From the sequence record OY723345.1: a DNA stretch of 8,187 nucleotides; one strand, given 5' to 3'. Of this stretch, positions 1-6,885 are shown one piece after another. Positions within the stretch are counted from its first letter, which is position 1; each line of letters starts with the position of its first letter. A program made the translations under genes and the position numbers. The notes beneath the pieces are model-generated. The model searched no databases, had not been told where the DNA came from, and worked only from the letters and a program-made list of their open reading frames with translations.

Positions 1-81
1 GGTATCCCAGAGGGTGTCGGATTGGGGGTCTGGAGGTCCTCGGAACCCCTAAATTGTGTGCCCTTAGTGTATAGTAACACA

Positions 82-95
82 CGCGCGCGCGCGCG
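82..95. repeat. (CG)7 microsatellite within a 19-nt alternating purine/pyrimidine run (77-95)
   Basis: Read directly as acacacgcgcgcgcgcgcg. This is the densest CpG cluster in the unit. Confidence 0.95.
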
Positions 96-136
96 AAGGG
101 CGGATCCGAGTCAGGCAGAAAACGAATGCATCATTT

Positions 137-232
137 TGGACCCTTTGGGGCATTTCGGGGGTCCTAATGTGCACATTTGCGACCCCAAAAGGCCCAAAAG
201 TGCCTAAAATGGGTCATTTTATGCCCTTTTCG
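137..232. repeat. B-type tract (phased A/T tracts between G/C runs)
   Basis: A4 at 187-190, 196-199 and 206-209, then T4 at 217-220 and 227-230. Successive tracts are 9-11 bp apart and separated by GGCCC/GCC/GGG runs. The S-unit equivalent is 5251-5346. Confidence 0.75.
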
Positions 233-967
233 GATGCACACAATGGGAATGCCATCGCCGGAGACCATATTCCTTACAGTGACCTTAGGAATATGAGTAC
301 GCGAAATCGGGGCAATTATGCCATTTACGGGTACCCCTAAAATGAGCACTTTTGGACCCCTTTTGGCACCCCTTGGATCCCTCAGTGTACTGGTGGCATG
401 TGCATATCCCCTGATGCCTCTTTATCGAGGGAATGGGGATACCTGCATACCATACAGTATATGTGTTACTAGTGGGTATCGGCACACCTCCCAAAACATG
501 TCATTTCGTGACATGATCTAGTCGAGATGAGCGAATCCACTACTATTGCATATCATGGTGTAATGAGCTATACAGAGTACTATAGGTATTGGGGGTATCC
601 CTAATGGCAGCATATGCCCCATTAGAGGTATACACCATATCCCCTAGTATCCCTTACAGCACATACCATGAACAGGTACTCATTAGTAGTACAGAATGTG
701 TATGTCATGACACCAAAACACATGTTTCGAGACATCTAAACACATGGTTTGCACGTATGATCATATACAGTATCTAGTGATACACAGGATACTAGTAGTA
801 TGCACGGAGGGTATGAGGGGTGCAGGATACCCCTATACCATAGCCTAACAGCATACACTACGAGTACTATGTATACCATGGATACTACATGCATACTACT
901 ACGAGTAGGTACTCATGAGCAGTATCATCATGTAAACACATGATTTGATGACATGAATGTATACATC

Positions 968-1196
968 ATGAGTAGGTATACACATCTAATACCACTAGTA
1001 CAACAGCATACACACCATTAGTACCATGTATCCTATGGTATACAGTACATGGGGAGTACGGGTACCATACCACCATTGCAGAGGTGTATGGAGTACTATA
1101 TGGTATATAGGGAGTATCCAGTAATCACCAGATATCATGATATTGCATGCATTTGATGACATGAAACACATGATTTGATGACATGAAGTACTCATT
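968..1196. repeat. A-family subrepeat A1 (229-bp unit)
   Basis: Starts atgagtaggtatacacatctaataccactagtac. Positions 968-1099 are 100% identical to 1197-1328. The 3' half carries the palindromes atatcatgatat and tgcatgca, followed by two copies of ATTTGATGACATGAA. Confidence 0.9.
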
Positions 1197-1421
1197 ATGA
1201 GTAGGTATACACATCTAATACCACTAGTACAACAGCATACACACCATTAGTACCATGTATCCTATGGTATACAGTACATGGGGAGTACGGGTACCATACC
1301 ACCATTGCAGAGGTGTATGGAGTACTATGAGTATCTAGAGAGTACTAGTAGTATCATGTATTGATACATCTAATGACATGAAACACATGGTTTGATGTAT
1401 CTAATGATGTACTTAATGGAT
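1197..1421. repeat. A-family subrepeat A2 (tandem to A1; 3' half degenerate)
   Basis: The first 132 bp are identical to A1. The remainder (1329-1421) is a diverged version of A1 1100-1196. A truncated new unit start, ataggtatacacatcgtatt, follows it. Confidence 0.85.
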
Positions 1422-2124
1422 AGGTATACACATCGTATTAGTGCATAGTATCTCTACATGGTCTATACACTGCCATACAGGGAGTGAGGGACCAGGAGGG
1501 AGACTATGCACTAGTAGACGATAACGTGACCTTTAACATTACCCTAGTATGCATACAGTACATGCTATTAGTGTAGTACCAGCTATTGCATGAACTACTA
1601 ATGCTAAGGTAGTGGGATGCATGTATCTAGGAGCAGCACTATCCTTTGGAGCTAGTGGTATGCTCTTATCATGAGTACTACGTGGAGAGATAGGTGGTCT
1701 AGGGGAACAGCTACTGTTCGGAGACCATCATCTATACAACGTACTAATCACTAGTAGCATGCAGTACACTACTACTGCTATCAGGTATGCAGTACAGAGT
1801 ACTAATACACTGTAGTAGTATGTAGAGAGGTACACCCTATAGCATACATCTACTCATCATACCATGCAATGTATACAATGGTGGTATGGAATACATGATA
1901 CAATGGTGGTATGGAATGATGTAGTAGTATGAGTAGTACTATGAACAGATACACTACTATCTGCATGCACAGAATAGGTCATCCTCAGGGATAGCACCTT
2001 AACCCTGTACCATACCATACAGTGGTACTATGGTGGTATGGCATGCATGTACTAGTAGTATGTAGTAGTATGTACTCATCATACCATCAGATCATGAGAT
2101 CATGGCATCAAATCATGACATCAA

Positions 2125-2378
2125 AACACATGATTTCATGTACTCAATTACATGATTATGGTGGTATCCAGGACATCACCAGATCCCTTAGAGACCATGG
2201 GGATCACTACATATGCTATAAGGAGTACACATGCTCTGCATGGTACCTATATCATAGGGTAGGGGTATCCCTCATGATACCTATGGAGACCATATCCTCT
2301 AGATACATGGTATGTGCTCAGAGGATGGTGCCATGGTATGAGGTCCCCAAAAGGGTCTAAATACATGATTTAGGGGTC
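2125..2378. repeat. D segment, copy D1 (present only in unit L)
   Basis: aacacatgattt...catggggatcactacatatgctataaggagtacacatgctctgcatggtacctatatcatagggtagggg...gatggtgccatggtatgagg...taggggtc aligns to 3411-3665. About 20 differences by eye, roughly 90% identity. Confidence 0.85.
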
Positions 2379-2575
2379 TAAAATGACCACTTTTGGCACC
2401 TTTCTGGAGGTACCAAAACGGGTGATTCAATCCCCCAAAAGGGGTCCGCAAATCAAGCCCAGAAATGGTCATAAAAAGGGCTCGTGGGGGTACCCCCCAT
2501 GAGCACTTTTAGGACCCTAAAATGGGTGTTTTGGACCCCTAAAATGGTGTATTTAGACCCTTTCGGAGGGGTACA
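2341..2575. repeat. B-type tract, the longest one (present only in unit L)
   Basis: A- or T-tracts start at 2349, 2359, 2369, 2380, 2391, 2401, 2415, 2437, 2450, 2463, 2473, 2507, 2519, 2529, 2541, 2552 and 2561. The recurring word is GG(N)CC(C)YAAAATG-N-TTTTRG. Confidence 0.8.
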
Positions 2576-2608
2576 GGCAACGAGTACTACTAGATACATA
2601 CCAGCAGA

Positions 2609-2795
2609 CCATGTATCCTATGGTATATAGGACATGGGGGCTACGGGTACCATTACACCATTACGGGAGTATATGGAGTACTATGGGTATCTAGAGGAGT
2701 CCCTGTAACACCAGATATCATGGTATTGGCATGCATTTGATGACATGAAAACACATGATTTGATGACATGAAATGAGTAGGTATACACATCTAAT
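2609..2795. repeat. A-family subrepeat, partial copy (A3)
   Basis: ccatgtatcctatggtata...ccagatatcatggtattggcatgcatttgatgacatgaaaacacatgatttgatgacatgaaatgagtaggtatacacatctaat is collinear with A1 and carries both 15-mers (2735-2749, 2758-2772). Confidence 0.7.
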
Positions 2796-2923
2796 GACAG
2801 GATATGGCATACGGGATACCTGAGGAGACCACCTCCACAGGGAATACCCTCTCTGCACATCCAGGCTACCGAGAGGCCTACGGGGAGTATCCCCATACCT
2901 CTAAGGAGCCATTATGGCCATTA
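2791..2923. repeat. C module, copy C-a (diverged; replaces the 5' half of an A unit)
   Basis: ctaatgacaggatatggcatacgggatacctgaggagaccacctccacagggaataccct...ggctaccgagaggcctacggggagtatccccatacctctaaggagccattatggccatta is collinear with 4250-4382. About 85% identity by eye, with small indels. Confidence 0.8.
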
Positions 2924-3021
2924 GGGAGTATCCAGCACATCATTAGATACACGGAATATCATGTAATTGCATAGATTTGATGACATGAAATCATGTGTTT
3001 TGATGACATGAAGTACTCATT
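2924..3021. repeat. A-family subrepeat, 3' half only
   Basis: gggagtatccagcacatcattagatac...gatttgatgacatgaaatcatgtgttttgatgacatgaagtactcatt matches the 3' half of A1. It resumes directly after the C-a module. Confidence 0.65.
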
Positions 3022-3261
3022 ATGAGTAGGTATACACATCTAATACCACTAGTACAACACCATACACACCATTAGTACCATGTATCCTATGGTATACAGT
3101 ACATGGGGAGTATAGGTACCATTACACCATGCAGAGGTGTATGGAGTACTATATGGTATATAGGGAGTATCCAGTAATCACCAGATATCATGATATTGCA
3201 TGCATTTGATGACATGAAAACACATGATTTGATGATATGAAGTACTCGATATGTACTCATT
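3022..3261. repeat. A-family subrepeat A4
   Basis: Full-length copy, 2,054 bp downstream of A1. It is distinguished from A1 by caacac (vs caacag) at 3055-3060 and gagtataggtaccattacaccatgca (vs gagtacgggtaccataccaccattgca). Confidence 0.85.
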
Positions 3262-3432
3262 ATGGTACCCACTAACACTAGTACTACAGCATATCCATAC
3301 AAGGGGAACCATAAGGATCCGCCCTTGCAGGTATTTGGGTACTATATGACATATAGAGGGTATCCAGTAGTCACCAGATATCATGATATTGCATGCATTT
3401 GATGACATGAAACACATGATTTGATGTACTCA
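3262..3432. repeat. A-family subrepeat A5 (diverged 5' half, conserved 3' half)
   Basis: The 3' part, gggtatccagtagtcaccagatatcatgatattgcatgcatttgatgacatgaaacacatgatttgatg, is clearly A-type. The 5' part is only loosely alignable. Confidence 0.6.
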
Positions 3433-3665
3433 GATTACATGATTATGGTGATATCCAGTACATCACCAGATCCCTTAGACACCATGGGGATCACTACATA
3501 TGCTATAAGGAGTACACATGCTCTGCATGGTACCTATATCATAGGGTAGGGGATATGCCCACGATACCTATGGAGACCACATCCTCTAGATACATGGTAT
3601 GTGCACAGAGGATGGTGCCATGGTATGAGGACCCCAAATGGGTCGAAATACATGTTTTAGGGGTC
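3411..3665. repeat. D segment, copy D2
   Basis: Paralogue of 2125-2378 at offset ~1286. Nearly identical to 6471-6725, with one substitution at 3505/6565. Confidence 0.85.
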
Positions 3666-3726
3666 CCAAAACATGTGTTGCGAGTAGGTATCGGCACGGG
3701 ATTAGCACATCTAGGGCATTATGGAA

Positions 3727-3825
3727 CCTGAGGAGATCACCTCCACAGGGAATGTCCCTCCGTGCATCCTGGGCTACCGAGAGGCCTACATGCAGTACCC
3801 CATATCCTCTAAGAGACCATTATGG
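3727..3825. repeat. C module, copy C-b (core only)
   Basis: Core 3726-3789 is identical to 4277-4340. The downstream part is similar (ccccatatcctct..gag..ccattatgg), while the upstream flank is only loosely similar. Confidence 0.85.
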
Positions 3826-3837
3826 AGGGTATTGGAC

Positions 3838-4250
3838 AGGGCCCGAAACCCCCAAAATGAGTGATTTGGGGTGCTCAAAACCATCGATTTTGGTGGTTTT
3901 GGCATGCAAAAAGGGTCGAAAACACCTCTTTTAGCCCCTTTTGCACATGGGAACACCACCCCATATACTAAGGGGGATCCTTCGAGGGATACAGAACCCC
4001 CGAAACCCCTTAAAGATGGTGTGTGAGTACTCATGCATGTACCCTTTTAGCACCCTTTCTGACCCCCTTTCAGACCCCCTAAATGGTGCCATTCCTCGAA
4101 GGATGGCCCTTAAGGGGTGCCGGGAAGGGTACCTAAAGAGGTCCCAAAAGTGACCATTTTAGGGGGTCCCAAAACGTGTTGCAAAGGGGTACCCCTTTGG
4201 TCACCAAAAGTGATGATTTTGGGGACACCAAATGGGTCGGAATGGGTACC
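3838..4250. repeat. B-type tracts (two blocks, 3838-3950 and ~3995-4250)
   Basis: Words include cccccaaaatgagtgatttgggg, ctcaaaaccatcgattttgg, ggtcccaaaagtgaccattttaggggg, ggtcaccaaaagtgatgattttgggg and similar. The S-unit equivalent is 6898-7310. Confidence 0.7.
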
Positions 4251-4382
4251 TAATGACAGGATATGGCATACGGGATACCTGAGGAGATCACCTCCACAGG
4301 GAATGTCCCTCCGTGCATCCTGGGCTACCGAGAGGCCTACGGGGAGTATCCCCATATCCTCTGAGAGCCATTATGACCATTA
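4250..4382. repeat. C module, copy C-c
   Basis: Shares its 5' arm ctaatgacaggatatggcatacgggatacc with C-a and its 64-nt core with C-b. Confidence 0.85.
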
Positions 4383-4430
4383 CGAGCATCCCGGAGAGCA
4401 TATCTGAGGACCTGAAATCCATGGTTTTGG

Positions 4431-4520
4431 GGTCTAAAATGATGATTTTAGAGGTCTCAAAATGATGGATTTGGGGTCTCAAATCATGAGATCCGGGGGT
4501 CTGGGGATGCCATGGGTATG
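4431..4520. repeat. Short tandem array of ~22-bp B-type units
   Basis: Unit starts (ggtct) fall at 4431, 4453, 4475 and 4498, a spacing of 22, 22 and 23 bp. The first unit contains a perfect hairpin, tctaaaat-gatg-attttaga (4433-4452). The S-unit equivalent is 7491-7580. Confidence 0.8.
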
Positions 4521-4538
4521 GGATCCAGGGATGCAGGG
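4495..4538 (+). other. Canonical G-quadruplex-forming motif (six G-runs of 3 or more, loops of 3-7 nt)
   Basis: ggggg tct gggg atgccat ggg tat ggg atcca ggg atgca ggg. Confidence 0.7.
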
Positions 4539-4944
4539 ATCCGGAGACCATGAGGGCATGCAGACCATATGCACTACATACCATGGGGTGTGTAGTAGGG
4601 ATACAGACCACTATGGATACCATCACCATTAGATACATACTATGAGACCATATGCTGTGGGTATCGGATTAGGGGTCTGGGGATGTGCAGATCTGGAGAC
4701 CATGAGCGGATCCGGAGACCATCAGATCATGAGATATGGGGTCCGGGGATGCTCGCGATGTATCTGAGGACCTGTGCAGATAGGTATAGGCATTAGGTAC
4801 TAAGGACTCGCAGAGAGGTACTGAGGACATGCACAGAGGACATGGCACAGAGGATACGGGCATACAGACCATGCAGATAGGTACTAAGGACTCGCAGACC
4901 ATAGGTATTAGGTATCTGAGGACACGGATGCCATGATCTGAGGA

Positions 4945-5075
4945 CCCCAAGACCTCCAGAAATGGGGTATCTGAGGTATCCCGAGACCTCCCAAAATGGG
5001 TGTTTTGGACCCTAAATCACTCGTTTTGGGACCCTTTCTGGGTGCTCCCAGACCCCTCCCCAATACCATCCCTAA
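4945..5075. repeat. B-type tract at the 3' end of the unit
   Basis: Contains cctcccaaaatgggtgttttggaccctaaatcactcgttttgggaccctttctggg. The S-unit equivalent is ~8017-8148. Confidence 0.65.
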
Positions 5076-5195
5076 GGTGCTCCTAAGGGATTCGGGCCCG
5101 TACCCCTCAGATAGGGTATCCCAGAGGGTGTCGGATTGGGGGTCTGGAGGTCCTCGGAACCCCTAAATTGTGTGCCCTTAGTGTATAGTAACACA

Positions 5196-5209
5196 CGCGC
5201 GCGCGCGCG
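5196..5209. repeat. (CG)7 microsatellite, unit S copy
   Basis: Identical to 82-95 at offset 5114. The repeat number is unchanged between units. Confidence 0.95.
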
Positions 5210-6081
5210 AAGGGCGGATCCGAGTCAGACAGAAAACGAATGCATCATTTTGGACCCTTTTGGGCATATTGGGGGTCTGAAAGTGCACATTCGCGACCCC
5301 AAAAGGCCCAAAAGTGCCTAAAATGGGTCATTTTATGCCCTTTTCGGATGCACACAATGGGAATGCCATCGCCGGAGACCATATTCCTTACAGTGACCTT
5401 AGGAATATGAGTACGCGAAATCGGGGCAATTATGCCATTTACGGGTACCCCTAAAATGAGCACTTTTGGACCCCTTTTGGCACCCCTTGGATCCCTTAGT
5501 GTACTGGTGGCATGTGCATATCCCCTGATGCCTCTTTATCGAGGGAATGGGGATACCTGCATACCATACAGTATATGTGTTACTAGTGGGTATCGGCACA
5601 CCTCCCAAAACATGTCATTTCGTGACATGATCTAGTCGAGATGAGCGAATCCACTACTATTACATATCATGGTGTAATGAGCTATACAGAGTACTATAGG
5701 TATTGGGGGTATCCCTAATGGCAGCATATGCCCCATTAGAGGTATACACCATATCCCTTAGTATCCCTTACAGCACATACCATGAACAGGTACTCATTAG
5801 TAGTACAGAATGTGTATGTCATGACACCAAAACACATGTTTCGAGACATCTAAACACATGGTTTGCACGTATGATCATATACAGTATCTAGTGATATACA
5901 GGATACTAGTAGTATGCACGGAGGGTATGAGGGGTGCAGGATACCCCTATACCATAGCCTAACAGCATACACTACGAGTACTATGTATACCATGGATACT
6001 ACATGCATACTACTACGAGTAGGTACTCATGAGCAGTATCATCATGTAAACACATGATTTGATGACATGAATGTATACATC

Positions 6082-6320
6082 ATGAGTAGGTATACACATC
6101 TAATACCACTAGTACAACAGCATACACACCATTAGTACCATGTATCCTATGGTATACAGTACATGGGGAGTATAGGTACCATTACACCATGCAGAGGTGT
6201 ATGGAGTACTATATGGTATATAGGGAGTATCCAGTAGTCACCAGATATCATGTAATGGCATGCATTTGATGACATGAAACACATGATCTGATGATATGAA
6301 GTACTCGATATGTACTCATT
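6082..6320. repeat. A-family subrepeat in unit S; a chimera of A1 (5') and A4 (3')
   Basis: The upstream flank and the caacag diagnostic (g at 6120) are A1-type. From t6173 onward (gagtatagg...) all diagnostics are A4-type. Confidence 0.88.
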
Positions 6321-6492
6321 ATGGTACCCACTAACACTAGTACTACAGCATATCCGTACAAGGGGAATCATAAGGATCCGCCCTTGCAGGTATTTGGGTA
6401 CTATGTGGTATGTAGAGGGTATCCAGTAGACACCAGATATCATGATATTGCATGCATTTGATGACATGAAAACACATGATTTGATGTACTCA
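6321..6492. repeat. A-family subrepeat A5 copy in unit S
   Basis: Collinear with 3262-3432, but with an elevated number of substitutions and two 1-bp indels. Confidence 0.6.
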
Positions 6493-6725
6493 GATTACAT
6501 GATTATGGTGATATCCAGTACATCACCAGATCCCTTAGACACCATGGGGATCACTACATATGCTCTAAGGAGTACACATGCTCTGCATGGTACCTATATC
6601 ATAGGGTAGGGGATATGCCCACGATACCTATGGAGACCACATCCTCTAGATACATGGTATGTGCACAGAGGATGGTGCCATGGTATGAGGACCCCAAATG
6701 GGTCGAAATACATGTTTTAGGGGTC
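6471..6725. repeat. D segment, copy D2 in unit S
   Basis: Offset 3060 from 3411-3665. Confidence 0.85.
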
Positions 6726-6786
6726 CCAAAACATGTGTTGCGAGTAGGTATCGGCACGGGATTAGCACATCTAGGGCATTATGGAA

Positions 6787-6885
6787 CCTGAGGAGATCAC
6801 CTCCACAGGGAATGTCCCTCCGTGCATCCTGGGCTACCGAGAGGCCTACATGCAGTACCCCATATCCTCTAAGAGACCATTATGG
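6787..6885. repeat. C module, copy C-b in unit S
   Basis: Identical to 3727-3825 at offset 3060. Confidence 0.85.

Larger units (their letters stand above)
1..5114. repeat. Macro tandem-repeat unit, long copy (L), 5,114 bp
   Basis: 1-1058 aligns to 5115-6172 at offset 5114, with 5 isolated substitutions plus a 7-substitution cluster. 3061-5114 aligns to 6121-8187 at offset 3060, rising to 3073 after two insertions. The twin ORFs in the supplied track (22/5136, 318/5432, 589/5703, 3638/6698, 4117/7177, 4288/7348, 4669/7729) show the same offsets. Confidence 0.97.

Noticed and set aside
22-207. Conserved ORF pairs (22-207/5136-5321, 318-521/5432-5635, 589-777/5703-5891, 3638-3934/6698-6994 and others), considered as small protein genes
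   Set aside because: Their conservation equals the DNA repeat identity. Where the copies differ, the changes are almost all non-synonymous (6 amino-acid changes from 8 substitutions in the first pair). The same DNA also gives ORFs on the opposite strand, which is the pattern expected for non-coding repeats.
115-783. RIP-like or deamination signature: the five isolated L-to-S differences in the first kilobase are all G:C to A:T transitions
   Set aside because: There are only five sites and the sequence contexts are mixed (three CpA, one CpT, one CpC). The nearby cluster and the later differences include transversions and A-to-G changes. The evidence is too thin to call a directional mutational process.
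1092-1110. Kinetoplastid-style signatures: gtactatatggtat resembling the spliced-leader exon/intron junction GTACTATATTG|GTATGAG, and the idea of a minicircle-like or diplonemid-like ORF-poor circular chromosome
   Set aside because: The match is a 9-mer plus a 5-mer in a sequence saturated with gta/tac/tat words, and the rest of the SL sequence is absent. I could not find the universal minicircle sequence GGGGTTGGTGTA. No hydrophobic mitochondrial gene fragment is visible. This remains an untested idea only.
1151-1187. Possible CRISPR array, from the repeated 15-mer ATTTGATGACATGAA
   Set aside because: The copies occur only in pairs, separated by a 7-8 nt constant spacer (acacatg), and are embedded in a 229-bp satellite unit. 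There are no unique spacers of 25-40 nt, no leader and no cas genes.
938-1190. Hammerhead ribozyme or C/D-box small RNA, suggested by the TGATGA ... GAAA words in gatttgatgacatgaaacac
   Set aside because: Only 3 nt separate TGATGA from GAAA, which leaves no room for hammerhead helix II. No CUGA D box or terminal stem sits at the appropriate distance for a C/D RNA. The base before TGATGA is T, not the purine of the C-box consensus.
2366-2378. Telomere-like words (TTAGGGG, TTTAGGG, CCCTAA) scattered through the B tracts, for example 2369-2376, 3656-3664, 4158-4165 and 4669-4676
   Set aside because: They always occur as single copies forming the arm of a B-type hairpin unit and are never tandemly iterated. 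They are a by-product of the YAAAA/TTTTR plus G/C-run motif.
2819-2923. 5S rRNA-like words in the C modules: GGAGACC, GGGAATACC, GCCTACGG, CCATACC
   Set aside because: These are only 7-9 nt words recalled from the vertebrate 5S sequence. They occur in permuted order, with the 3'-end words before the 5'-end words. The central part of 5S (GATCTCGTCTGATCTCGGAAGCTAAGCAGGG) is absent. This is most likely chance. cmsearch with Rfam RF00001 would settle it.
4288-4638. The longest ORF (116 aa, minus strand) and its twin at 7348-7698, considered as a possible CDS
   Set aside because: No recognisable domain or motif. It overlaps a 96-aa plus-strand ORF and spans repeat modules (C core, B tract, G4 motif). 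There is no ribosome-binding or promoter context. The twin is identical only because the DNA is duplicated. This length is expected by chance at this composition.
1-6172. LTR retrotransposon or composite transposon, reading 1-1058 and 5115-6172 as direct terminal repeats
   Set aside because: The homology continues past 6172 to the end of the window once the 2,054-bp indel is allowed for, so this is a tandem unit array and not LTR-internal-LTR. There are no gag/pol or transposase ORFs, no terminal inverted repeats and no target-site duplication.
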